A DNA stretch of 64,000 bases from Camelus ferus (taxonomy: Eukaryota): the NCBI RefSeq assembly GCF_009834535.1, contig NC_045697.1:109060001-109124000 (forward strand), read 5' to 3'. Made by a program: the position numbers and the translations under genes. The notes below the pieces were generated by a model. It had not been told where the DNA came from and searched no databases. It worked only from the letters and a program-made list of their open reading frames with translations. Below are positions 38,040 through 50,331 of this stretch, one piece after another. How positions within the stretch are numbered: the first letter of the stretch is position 1; each line of letters begins with the position of its first letter.

Positions 38040-38220
38040 TTTGCAAAAATTTGAGTCACTGTTGAAACATTCGGGAAATTTCATGTAAAACAGGGTGGAT
38101 TCCTCATTAAGACTGAGATTTCTGATTTCCCTTTGGAAAAATTGAAATAGCTGGTAACCTGGGCCGATATTTTGGCTTGGACAACAATCTGCTGGCCCTG
38201 AGAAGCAGCTGTTTCCTCAG
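38040..38220. mobile_element. MER102-like hAT fragment
   Basis: ggaaatttcatgtaaaa..gaaatagctggtaacctgggcc..caacaatctgctggccctgagaagcagctg resembles recalled consensus. Confidence 0.45.
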
Positions 38221-38306
38221 GCTATAATGAGATGATCTTAAAAGGATGAGTAACTGAGGTTGGGAGGCTGGCATGAAAGACAGAGAAAATGGTATCAGAA
38301 AAGAGG

Positions 38307-38309
<3 letters not shown>

Positions 38310-38347
<38 letters not shown>
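38310..38347. repeat. (TG)19 microsatellite
   Basis: Direct observation. Confidence 0.95.
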
Positions 38348-38348
<1 letters not shown>

Positions 38349-38952
38349 TGAACTACAAGTGGTTCCCTGAGGCAGGAGTGTAAAATTTAAGTCAAAAGAA
38401 GTAAAGATGAGGTTTGAGAGGTTGCAGTGGGCTAGATTTTGGCAGGCTCTGCATGTGATGCTAAGAGCTTGAACTTGATCCCGTAGACAGTAAGCAGATA
38501 TTTGGGTTTTAAGTAGGTGGGTTACATTCTCAGATTTCCACTCTAACCAGATCATTCTAATGGCAAGTGGAGGGAGAAGTTGAGGGCACCCAGCCTGAAG
38601 CCTGGGAGACTAGTTAAGAAGCTATTACAGTAATTCAGAAAGATAAGGAAAGGCTTGAACTCTGGTAGTGAAAGTGGGGATGGGGAAAAATACACAAAAT
38701 ACCTGTGAGATATAAAGGAGCATAGAAAAAGTTCATGGTTTTATACTGTATGGAGCAAAAGGATGAGGAAGGAGATGAGAATACCTGCTAGGATTCTAAC
38801 CACTGGGTGGGTGGTGGTGCCATTTAGGATGAGAAGAGACCACAGAAGAAGGAGCAGTGCAGAGGGGAAGAGAATGCTCGTTCCCAGGCCTGTGAGTTTC
38901 GGCGTGTGGATGGCCAAGCAGAGATGTCCGAGAGGCACTTAGCTATAGGAGC

Positions 38953-39253
38953 TGTCTTAGTCCATTTGGACAGCTAGAGCAAGGAAGTCCAAGATCAAGG
39001 TGCTGGCAGATTCTGTCTGGTGAGGACCCACTTCCTGGTTCATAGAAGGCTGTCTTCTTACTGTGTCCTCACATGGCAGAAGGGGTGAGGGAGCTCTCTG
39101 GGGTCTCTTTTATAAAGGGCACTAACCCCATTCATGAGGGCTCCACCCTCATGCCCTAATTACCTCCCCAAGGCCCTACCTCCTAATACCATCGCATTGA
39201 GGAGTGGTTTCAACATAGAATTTGGGGGGCATATAAACATTCATTCTGTAGCA
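38953..39253 (-). mobile_element. MLT1A-like solo LTR
   Basis: tgtcttagtccattt..gaagtccaagatcaaggtgctggcagatt..cattcatgagggctccaccctcatg..tagca. Confidence 0.85.
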
Positions 39254-39589
39254 AGAGTCTAAGGCTTGATGAAAATGACTTACTTAGAGGTCAAATTTTG
39301 GTCACCATTAGCAAATCAGTGGTTGTCAAACCAGGAGGGTGCTTCAATCAAGTCAGGGAGAGTGTACAGCTGGGAAGGGCAGTAGTAGAGGATGAACCCC
39401 GGGAACACCATCTTCTAATGCAACAGTGTGCAGACTCTAACAACTACAGGGTGTGTTTTTGCAGCTCAAAGTTTGATTCCTGCCTTTTCACCAGAATGGC
39501 TTTTTTCTCTCCATCTGTCCTCACATTCATTCCTCCTCTTCTGTTCCTTCCTTGTCTTCTTTGCTATCTCATCTTCTTCCTCCCTTCAA

Positions 39590-40200
39590 TTTTTTATTAT
39601 AGAATATATCACATATAAAAAGAGGGCATGTAACACATAGGTATGGTTTCAAGACGGGTAATGAAATAAACACAGTACCACCTTAAGAAATAGTACATTC
39701 CAGATGTAACCCTCACTGATTGCTTCTCCCCTTCTCCCTCCTCCCAGAAGTAATAACCATTATCCTGAATTCTGTGGTTTTCACATAGTTTTGTCATATA
39801 GGGTTATCACTAAACAGTATTTTTCTTTTGAGGGGAGTGTTTATATAAATAAAATAAAACTGTCTTTTTCCGTGATGGCCTGTTATTGGTGTTGTTTCTC
39901 AGTATTATGCTTGGGAGGTCCATCTTTGCCCACACGTGTGGCTGTAGTTCGTTCTTTCACTGCTCTTTGGTCCTTTGCATGCAGCAGTTTATCAATTCTC
40001 TCCCAAATAGTCATTTGGGGCATTTTCTGGGTTGTGGCTGTAACGAATGGTGTCTTTAGGAACATTCTCAACAATGTGTTTGGTGAACATCTACACCAAC
40101 AGTTGCACCTAAATTTGGAATTGCTGTATTGAACCCTGTGGGGAACTCAACTCTTTTCTCAAGTGGTTATACCAATTCATAATCCGATCTGAAGTCATCA
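39590..40200 (-). mobile_element. Old L1 (L1ME-like) 3' end
   Basis: ccagaagtaataaccattatcctgaattctgtg; caagtggttataccaatt. Confidence 0.6.
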
Positions 40201-41194
40201 TGCTTTTTTAAAATTAAGAATGTTTATTTTGTTGTAAAGAAACATATGTTCATGAAATAACTTTTCAAATAGAAAAAAATTGCCCATTGTTCTAATACTC
40301 AATGACCAAAAAAACCACTTTTTTTCTAGCATTCTTTCTTCACTTGCATTTTAACTTTTCTGTTCCACCTTCTTTCTCCCTTTGTTTTCCACTTTTCCTT
40401 CACAGATTCATTCTGGAGGCGTTACCCTTGGTAGCCCTGTTTTCTTTTTCTGTTCTTTTTACTCACTTCCCCACCCAGAGTCCATGCCCCGAAATTCCCT
40501 GTGGATTCACAGGCTGGAGCAAAATCCCCGCCTTTGGAAAAGCAGAAGAGGGCAAGGTGCTGGTGGCCTCTGGAAAATCCCCCCGGGGCTCCCCGTCCGA
40601 CTGCCTGCAGCCTGTTTTGTTTTTTGGCTTTCTCTTTTTAATATGTGTCATCTGTACAGTTAGCCTTTGGGGACTAGCGGATATCGGGTCTGTTGAACTC
40701 CCTGTCTGTTTCCTGAGCGGAAAGGTAAACAGCACTGGGACCTACTCAGTATTTCCCACGGGTTATGAATGCAGCGTGACGCTCTGAAAATAGAAACATC
40801 GGCTCAGTGGGGTGTCCCGAGGTGAGCGGGGCTGGGCCTGCTTGCTCCTCGCCAGAAACAGCCACTTACGGCCTCAGCAGATAGGGCAGATCAGAGCCCG
40901 GGTCCCCGCCAGGGCAGAGGGACCCTCAGCCACTTCCATTCGTCTGGAAAGTCAGGGAGGAACTGGGGCCCCTTTCCAGAGGGAATGCTCTCGTTGGCTT
41001 CCAGCTGCCTGGCATGTGGGCATTGGGGCTCAGGGCTGTGTGATGCGCCCCTGTAATTAGTCCCAGGGAGATTCTCGGAGGTGAGGGGGCTGCTCTTTGA
41101 GTATCTGCGCTGCAGGGAGCTAAGAAGCTGGCCCCGGGGGTCGGAGGGCGGGGTCTCACTCAGCTTCACTTCCGGTGCTTCCTCCCCTTGCCCC

Positions 41195-41348
41195 AAACTG
41201 GAATTACTGGGCAGCTTTTAAAAAGACCAATACCTGAGTCCCACCCCCAGAGATTCTGATGGAATGAGGCCGGGGTAAGGTCTGGATGTCAGGAGTTTTC
41301 AAAGCCCTCCAGATAATTCTAACATGCAGCCAAAGCTGAGAAACACCA
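41195..41348. mobile_element. MER5-like hAT-Charlie MITE
   Basis: cccacccccagagattctgat...ccagataattctaacatgcagccaaagctgagaaacac. Confidence 0.8.
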
Positions 41349-41419
41349 CATAAGCTCAAAGCTGAATGGTCCAGGGATACCAAGGAACCAACCGTTGCTT
41401 TCAATTTTGCTTTAATAAC

Positions 41420-41620
41420 CACCATTCATTGAAGCCCATTAAGTGCCAGCGAGGTGCTGAGCTCTGAACACACATCAGCTCATAATAATTAGCCCTGGGT
41501 CAATGGTAAGGAAACAAAGGCTCAGAGAGGTTAAGGGATTTTCCAGAGTTTACACAGCAAGTTTGGATTTAAATCCTGATCTTTCTGACTGTCTGTGCTC
41601 TGACCACTTTCCCATGCTGC
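41420..41620 (-). mobile_element. MIR SINE
   Basis: aggaaacaaaggctcagagaggttaagggatttttccagagtttacacagc. Confidence 0.7.
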
Positions 41621-44600
41621 CCCAGGTGACCTCTCCTTTGGAGAAATATCAAGGATGGTTTGGAGAATGAGAGAGCCCTTTCATTCAAGGTAGCAAGTTA
41701 GCATGATTTAAAACATGAATGAGGGAGAGACAGAAGAATGCAAGGGAGTGAGGAAAGAGGAGGGAGTTGCCTAATTTGAATTTGGGATCAAAATCCTTCT
41801 ACAATGAAGTCTTTCTTTCAGCAGCTCAGAGGAGCCATAGTCATCCGCTACAATCTGGGGGCCCAGCTTGCGGTGGGGAGAGGCAGGCCTGGGCAAGGCT
41901 CTGACTCAGTTTTGATGACAGACAGAGGCGCTCTCTCGCCCGCAGCATCCGTCTGCCAGACCCCTTGGTTTGGGGCCTCGGAGATCAGCACACACATCTC
42001 TGGAGACCGGGGCATCCCTGCAGGGCACAGCCAGGTCAGCCAAGGAGCAGGACACAGCTAAGGAATGGCGATGTGTTTTTAATTTTCTTATTATCCAGTT
42101 CCTTGTGTACTTTTTTTTTTATGGTGAGTAATCACTGAAAATATTGACTGTTATATGAGCACTTATTCCACAATCTGTTCTTGAATTTACACTCTCTCCG
42201 AAGGTGCTTACTGTAGACTGAAAATCTATTTTAAAGATCAAAACTATAGGGCCTAAGGCTGTATCAGCGATGGCATCAGATGCCTGCAGGCTTTCTCTGC
42301 AGCGGCCGCAGGGTGGCCAAGCTGCTATCCCACAACCGGCTCCTTCCGTGGCTTCTGTCCTGCCCCCTTTTTGGCTTGAACCAGAGATTCCCACTTTCCG
42401 AATTTCTGAGGCAGGGATTCGCCTGGTTCTTGCTTTCCCACAGTTAGGCCTGGAACACTACCTGAGGGCCCCTGCGGGAGCTGCTCCCTTCCTGCCGAGA
42501 AGCTGGTTCTTGTCCTGTTGACATCTCCCTGCTCTGACATGGTTACCCCAGACACACCTGCCCACGCGCACCGCCGCGATGCGTTGGTAGGTTTGCACTG
42601 GGAACCAGGACGTCTCAAGGAGCTGACTTGCTGTTTCTCACCAAGTCTGCTGCGCACCTAGCACACCTTTTATGGAAAACCTCCCAAAGTCTAACGACAT
42701 CACAGAAGATCAAAGACTTACGTAATATCATCCCAAACACTACTTAGTTCACTGTAATGATTCTCGCAAGTACCTCAATCACCCAGGTCATTGAAAAAAG
42801 ATCTTGAAAAGAGGGCGTCTTACCTTACGGGGTCCGACTAGACAGCCCGCGTGTGAGCGCGCGCGCATGCTCAGGCACACAGAAGAGGGAGGATATTTTA
42901 TTGACACTGAAGGAATCGGCAGCCATGGTTACGGAGTCTGACCGGGGCTTTTATGGAGTCACCATTGTGCTGACCAGCAAACACGTTTCTCGGGACAGCA
43001 CTCCTCTCCTCTCCAACAATGGAGTGCACAGACTGGCTGGGCATTCCTGGAAGCATTCAGCGCCGGTGGGTGAAGGCGGATGATCTCATCTCTCTCAGAC
43101 CTCCAGTTCCACGCTCCTCGGCTAGGAGGGCGGGTAAAGCTGGACGCTCAGTATGTTAAACTTGGAGGTCAAAAACACGAATAGAAATGCCCGGGTCCCT
43201 GCCACCGTGGGACTTCCACGTCCATACGGGGCTCCTCACACTCAGACTGTTAACAGACAGACATTAAACCTCTACCTTATTTTAAAACAAACAAACAAAC
43301 AAAACCCCTGGAGTTGGAAACAGGAAGAAGAGCTTTTTCCTTTGGTTGGTTTTTCCCTGAGAGGCATGACATTGAGCAAGGCAATACCCGGAGAGGATGA
43401 AATTGCTTTTATTACGGCAAGTTAAGACTCTCAAGCTTGAAGGTGAGACAGACTTAGCTCTAACCTGGCCCACGTAACAATGTGGCCTTGGCCTGTTTTC
43501 ACTTCCTTGTGTGGAATTAGATGGGAGTCTTTGTCCCATCCTGCAGAAAGAGGAAGGCATAAGAAAGAGCCTGTGCGGTTGTGTCACTGCAGGAAGACAT
43601 CTGACTCTCAGAGGGGCAGGGCTCCATGGGAGAGGCTGAGCCCCTGCCCCGCACTGCTCTGACGCACCAGCCACACGGTCTGTGTCAACCTACTGGTGTC
43701 TGTAACACCACTGCGCTCCACTGTAATCCCTGATCCCAGTGGGGTTTAAAAACTGTGATCCACGGCAGTGTTTGTCAAACTGTAGGCCGTATACACCTAG
43801 AAGTCTGCAAGGACATTTAGGAATCCTGACATTCTAGGAGGACTTTGAAAGGTTTGGATCATCGAATAGCCACTTAGAACAGAAATATTATGAGATTGTA
43901 GACCCTGTGTCTGCTTTTCTGTTTACAATCAAAACATCACCGAGCCATCACTTAACGTGACCATGGTTAACTTTTTTTTTAAATCAAAATAACATTCGTA
44001 CAAAAAAGTACATCCTTTTCTGATTCCATCAGGTGCCCTTTCTGTTCAACCTTCTCTCCCATCTTTCATTTCTAGGTCGGTGGCCTCACCTCAGAGGCAA
44101 TGACTAAATTTCCGTCCTGGGGAAGCTCCACAGAGGGGGTGGGAGTGAAGCTGGGCGGGGAGGAAAGGGTGGGATTTAGATGGGGAGGGCATAGGGGGCG
44201 GGTGAAGGCAGGAATGTGACGCCTTTCAATGCCTGCTCACTTCCAATCCAGGCGGTCTCTAATCCCAGGAGTGGAGCCTTCTCATGGGAGTAGTTTGGCA
44301 GTTTATGACTTGTATGTAACTTCAAAAATTATATCAATAACAGTCATGACTTAGACTTACCTTAACCTTAACGCAAAGTGAGGGATAAATTTTCCTACAG
44401 ATACACCTGTTCAACTGTTAAACGACTTTTGTATTGGAATCTGGTTTTCCATTCATGCCATGGAAGACAAAATAGATCTGCTTTGGATTCACTTAGGAGC
44501 TGAGTGATTGATAGCAAGCAACTGGCAAATATTTAGAAATACCATTTAGGTTGACTTGGTGACCACCATAAATCCATATTTTGGTTTTCTCCATGTCACT

Positions 44601-45399
44601 CCCATAAGCTAAGTTCCACACCAGCACATCCAGAGTTTGGAGAGAGGGTTCGGGGACTACTCCGGAGAGCCACAGGCAGGGGCTCCGTGGTTTCTTAGGC
44701 TAAAAGCAGAGAGTTGGGAGGCTGAGAATGTACAATTGGTCCATTTATTTCAAGAAAATGGTCTCGTCCTCCCTCTCCTTTCCCAGCCTTTCTCTGTGAT
44801 AACAAGGTGCATGTGTGTGTGTTTTCTGGAATTGTAGTATTTGATTCTGCACGATCTCTTCCTTTTATCTTAAGCACAAAAACTTCTCATCAGTCCTGTT
44901 TGACGTTTTAAGTGTAATTGGCTAACTTGAGGCAGCATCTGTTGGCAAGTTTCCTCTATGAGCAGGGTCACTTCCCGTCCTTGATACCTTCTCCCCATGT
45001 GCCCGCGAGTGCCCTTTGCCCCAGCTTCCCTTTATGTACCAACTGTAGAGACAATCAATTTGAAATCCAACCTTCCAGGACCAAGCCTCTGCCTATTTTC
45101 TTTTCTTTCCCTTTTCCTTTTTTTTAAATCAAAGCTCAGGACACAACAACAGAGAAGTTCTAGTGCAGCTCTGCCACTAACTGGCCAGGTGAACCTCCAT
45201 CGCCAGGACTGTAGACACCTCAAGTACCAGACATGATCCGGCCCTCACCTTCAGACCCAGTTACCTTCCTACTTCAGTGCCAGGATCCTGGACTGGCAAC
45301 AGTCTCAGAGGTGTCCACACCTCCACGGGGCTGGACGAACTTCTGCAGGTGGGGTGTGGTGACAGATCAGACAGGTATAACCAGGAAGTTGTCCTGGTG

Positions 45400-45560
45400 T
45401 TAACTAGTTGTTTTGACCTGGAGTAAATTATTTCACCTCTCTAAGCCTCAGTTTCCTCATATGTAAAACAGGGATAATAATAGTACTAGTTCCCATGTGT
45501 AGGACTACTGCAGATTAAATGAGAACTGTATGTAGAACATTTAGCACAGTTAGCTGTTGA
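45400..45560 (+). mobile_element. MIR SINE
   Basis: cctctctaagcctcagtttcctcatatgtaaaacagggataataatagtac. Confidence 0.8.
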
Positions 45561-46144
45561 TGATGACTCCGGTGGTGATGAGAACTCCCAATCCCACTCC
45601 ACCAGGATATTTTGAGACTTCAGCCAATGGTGGCCAGGGGAGGAGCCCTGTCTTGGCTCTAGACTGAATCCTCTTGCTCTTCCCTCTCTTGGGGAGTTTC
45701 GTCCACACTGGTATGTACTCTGTGATCTACCCCGACACCCTGGTTGACATGCTCATTGCCGAGAGCAATAAATCATTTCTCCCACTGATTCACAGAATTC
45801 AACACTTTGACTTTTATTTTCTTGCCATTTGTTCCCCTTCTTTCGGTGGCTCAGATGCACCTGCCACTCTTCTGAGGGACCCTCTGAAGAGTCCCTCAGG
45901 ATGTCCATTGTCAATGCCTCCAGCCTCAGCCTTGGCTTTAGCAGTAGAGAGTAGGGGAGCTTGGATTTTAAAAAGGATAGAGGATCCTGCAAGACTTCCT
46001 CCTTGTCCCACACCACCTACCTCCCCATCCAAATTCAAAAACTCTCTTGAAGTCTGGCCATTTCCTTTATTTATTTGTTTGTTTGTTTGTTTACCTCAAC
46101 AGATTTCTTTCTGTAGAGGCTCATTTTCCTTTGAAACAAAATGA

Positions 46145-46185
46145 CATGCTAAGCACATACTCTACCACTGAGCTATATCCTCCCC
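46145..46185 (-). mobile_element. 5' half of vic-1-like SINE
   Basis: catgctaagcacatactctaccactgagctatatcctcccc. Confidence 0.75.
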
Positions 46186-46555
46186 AGATCACATGAATTT
46201 TATAATCAACTTGCCAATTCTCCCTCTCTCTGTCTCTGTCACAGACACACACACACATCTATTGGCACTTGATTGATACTTTATTAAACCCATAGATCAT
46301 TTGGGGATACTGTTGAAATATTGACAATATTGAGACAATGTGTCATACATATGCCTAGGTTTAGAGTAAGATCTAATTTATTTTCTGAATCATTTGTGAG
46401 TAAGTTGCAGATACCATGCCCTTTTATCTCAGTCCAGCAGTTTTTAAGAGATCCTTTTTTTCCTTGTAATTTGCTTGATTTCTGCTTCATACATTTTCAA
46501 AGTTATATTGTTAGGTTCACATAGGCTTACGATTGTTATATCTTTAAGTGAATTA

Positions 46556-47410
46556 TTTCTTTTTAATTGAAATGTAGTTGATGTATAACATGTCAGTTTC
46601 AGGTGTACTACCTAGTGATTTGACATTTGCATACATTATGGAATGCTCACCGTGATAAGCCTAGTGACTATCTATCTCCATACAAAGTTATTACAACATT
46701 ATTGACCATACTCCTTATGCTATATATGATATCCCTGTGGCTTATTTATTTTATAACTGGAGGTTCATGTCTTTTAATGCTTTTCACCTATTTTTCCCTC
46801 TCCCTTCCCCTGCCCCCCTGACTACCACCATTTGTTCTATCTATGAATCTATCTTCATTTTGTTTTGTTTGTTTCTTTGTTTTTCAGATTCCACATATAA
46901 GTGAAATCATACAATATTTGTCATTGTCTGACTTATTCATTTAGCATAATACTCTCTAGGTCCATCTATATTCTTGCAAATGGCAAAATTTCATTCTTTT
47001 TTATGGCTGAGTAGTATTCCGTTATATATATATACATATGTCACATCTTCTTTATCCATTCATCTATTGATGGACACTTAGATTACTTCTGTATGTTGGA
47101 TGCAATGAACACTGAAGTGCATATATTTTCTCAAATTAGTGTTTTTGTTTTCTTTTTGTAAATACCCAGAAGTGAAATTACTGGATCATATGTTAGATTT
47201 ATTTTTAATTTTTTGATGAACGTCCAAACTGTATTCCATAGTGTCTGTACCAATTTACAATGCCACCAACAGTACGTGAGAATTCCCTTTTCTCCACATT
47301 CTTGACAACACTTGTTATTTGTTATCTTTTGATGAGAGCTGTCTGACAGATGTGAAGTGGTATCACTGTGGTTTTGATTTACATTTCCTTAATGATTAGT
47401 GATGTTGAGA
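46556..47410 (-). mobile_element. L1 3' portion (Laurasiatherian type)
   Basis: agattccacatataagtgaaatcatac; tttatccattcatctattgatggacacttag; atgattagtgatgttgag. Confidence 0.85.
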
Positions 47411-47904
47411 TTTGTTTCTTACTTTCTTTTCTCTTAACTAATATGTAGTGCTCTTCCTTAATCCTACTGATATTTGTTTTCCCAAATTATATATTATCTA
47501 ATCTTAAAATTACTACATCATCTTTCTTTTGATTAGTAGTTTTGTGCTATAGATTTTCCCCTGCCATTATATTTAAGCTTTTTCTGTCAGTTTGTTTTGA
47601 GTGTGACTCTTATGAGCATGAATTTCTTTTTTTGTTGCTTGTTTTGTGTGTGTGTGTGTGTGTGTGTTTCCATCACTTGTCTTTATGTTTTAACTGGTTA
47701 GTTTGGTGTTACTGAGATTATGATTAGTGATATCTAATGCCTTATGCCTTCCATATTGCTTAGTGGTTTTTATTTATTTATTTTTCTTATCTGTCTCCTT
47801 TTGGATTGATGGTATTTAATTTATTCCTTTTCTTTCTTCCTAAAGGAAATTTTCTTTCAAATTTATATTTTTAATTTTATTTTTAAATAAATAATTATAT
47901 CTCA

Positions 47905-48230
47905 GTTTTATTGAGATATAATTGACATACAATACTGTATGGGTTTAAGGTGTACAGCATAAAGATTTGACTTACATCATGAAATGATTGCCACAATAAG
48001 TTTAGTGAACATCCATCATCTCCTATAGATATAAAATCAAAGAAATAGAAATTTTTTTTCCTAGTGATGGGAAGTCTTACAATTTATTCTCTTAACAACT
48101 TTCATAATATATACAGAAGTGTTAATTATGTTTATCATATTGTACATTACATCCCTAGCACTTACCCTATAACTAAAATTTTGTACCTATTGACTGCCTT
48201 TGTCCAATTTCCCCTCGTCCCACCCTCTCC
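47905..48230 (-). mobile_element. L1 3' end (L1MA-type)
   Basis: ttttattgagatataattgacatac..tgaaatgattgccacaataagtttagtgaacatccatc. Confidence 0.8.
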
Positions 48231-48239
48231 TTTTTAAAT

Positions 48240-49700
48240 TTTAAAGTCTTATTTAAATTTTCCAACAAGTGTATTAAAATTTATTTCTTCCTTTTTAGTC
48301 TTTGCATCCTGTACCTTCTTCTGCTTTTAATTTCTTTCTTGATGATGTGTGTCATTTAGTAGTTCTTTGCTAATCACAGCTAGTAAAGTCTCTAAATCTC
48401 TGAATGTCTGAATTTTTTCTCAGCCCTGAACAATACATTAGCTGCTACAAAATTCTAGTTGGAATTTTTTTCCTGTTTTTTGAAGATAAAAATTTTTTGT
48501 TCTGTTGAATCTATTATCACTTATGAAAAGCCAACTATCATTCTAATTGTCTTATTTTTTAACATCTGTCTTAACTCTTTAGGAGCTTTTATAATTTTTC
48601 TTTGTGTTTGTTCTGAGGTTTAAATACTGTGTCTGCAAGAGGGATTTGTTCTTATTTATCCAAATTATAATATAGCTTTTGTTTGAATTTAAGAATATTA
48701 TCATTCTTCATTTCTGGAATATTGTCAACTATTTGAATATTATCTCTCTTCCATTCTTTCCCTTGGAACATGTTCAAGCTTTTTATTATAGATGCTTGGT
48801 CTCTTAAATTTTCTTTTCTTTTTTAATCTCTCCGTCTCTGTGCTGTATTCTGGGTGATAGAGATTTATCTTCAAAATGATTCTCTCTTTGACTGTACCCA
48901 GCCTCCAGTCCCATCTGTACATTGATGTTTGAATTATCAATAATGATGATTTTTAAATGATTAATTTTTAAAGAAATATGTCACTCCTTTTTAGACGCTC
49001 ACCTTATTACATTCAATATTCTTTCAATATTTTAAACATAATTATTTTAAAGACTTTTTCAGATTTTTTCTTTTTATTATAATTCCTGACTCTTCCCATG
49101 GTGGTTTGTTTCCTTGTGTGATTTCTAGCTCTTGATGATCTTAGGAACCTTTAGGAGTTTTTATTTTGTAGAAATTCCACAGGCACTGGGTTACAGAAGC
49201 ATTTTTAGAAGCCGGTCTCTCCTTTGCCTCTCCTGAATAATGGATTCTGGAGCAATTTTTAATGTTAATCTCTTGGTTTGTGCCCCCTACATCACAGCTG
49301 GCTAGCACTGATCTGGGATCTAATTTTTGTGAATGATGACCTTTCTACCCACAGGCCCAGGTGGAAAGCGAGTTTTCTTGACATTACCGTAGTCGGTGGA
49401 GTTTTTCTCATCTCTTTCATGATAAGTGGCCATTGTTGAATCTTGATTTTATTCAGATACCTCAGTTCCAATTCCCTTTGCACACTGGGTATAAGGCTTG
49501 GATTTGCAAGAGTTAAACCTCGGCTTCTTGTGGTTAAGGCTCAAATCCCATTCTGATATCCCTATGAGCTATTTTTGTTTCAGCTCCTGCTTACTGTTCT
49601 GGCTTTGAACAAAATCTCATTTCATTTCTGGAAGCCTCGATATATTAGATATGTATTTAATCTGGTAATAGTCCAGAATTTGTCTGTATTTGAAGTAAGC
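48240..49700 (-). mobile_element. Ancient L1/HAL1-like ORF1 and 5' region
   Basis: T-rich antisense ORF1-type motifs (acaaaattctagttgg, tgaaaagccaactatcattctaatt). Confidence 0.5.
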
Positions 49701-50215
49701 AGATACTTCTCTGCCAAACCAGTACACCATATTGACTAAAAGTGTGTGTGTGTGTCTGTGTGTGTCTGTGTGTGTGTGGAGATGAAACCCCAGAGAGGTA
49801 GCAGCAGAACTGAGAATGGTTTTGACATAGAAACCAAGAGCGGAAACAGCATCAAAGAGATGTTGATGACCATTGGTTTCCATCAAGGAAAGCAAAAAAG
49901 AAAGAGAAATGACCAGATCTGCACATAGGATCTAGAAGTGAGAGACGCCTGAGGGTGCTATTTTATCAGGTTTCAGGAGAGAATGGTGGTAGGGAAAGGG
50001 AAGCAGTGGAATCTACACCTCCTGGCTGGAAGGGTTTGAGAGTGGTAGGGAGAAAAGAATTACAATGATTATGTAAAGGAACATTGTATGAAGATTTGTT
50101 TTTCAGAATAGGAAGCCTCAAACTAGCACCAGCAATACACCTGTCTGTCTGGCAGGACTCCTATCCCTTTAATTATCTAAAATTTGTTTGTTTCCGAGAT
50201 ATAAAAATATTTCTT

Positions 50216-50331
50216 GGGTAGAGGACAGCCTAACTCAGTGGCAGAATATGTGCTTTGCATGCCTGAGGTCCTGGGCTCAGTCCCCAGTACCTCCATTAAA
50301 TAAACAAACAAACAAACTTAAACCCCCCAAA
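50216..50331 (+). mobile_element. vic-1-like SINE
   Basis: ctcagtggcaga..gaggtcctgggctcagtccccagtacctcca + tail; TSD aaaaatatttctt / aataacatttctt. Confidence 0.85.

Larger units (their letters stand above)
38225..39420 (-). mobile_element. L2 LINE fragment interrupted by an MLT1A-like LTR and a TG repeat
   Basis: agatcattcta..gggagactagttaagaagctattacagtaattcag antisense L2 signature. Confidence 0.7.

Noticed and set aside
50240..50260. TGC anticodon in one SINE copy suggesting a second tRNA origin
   Set aside because: A single substitution in a diverged copy explains it
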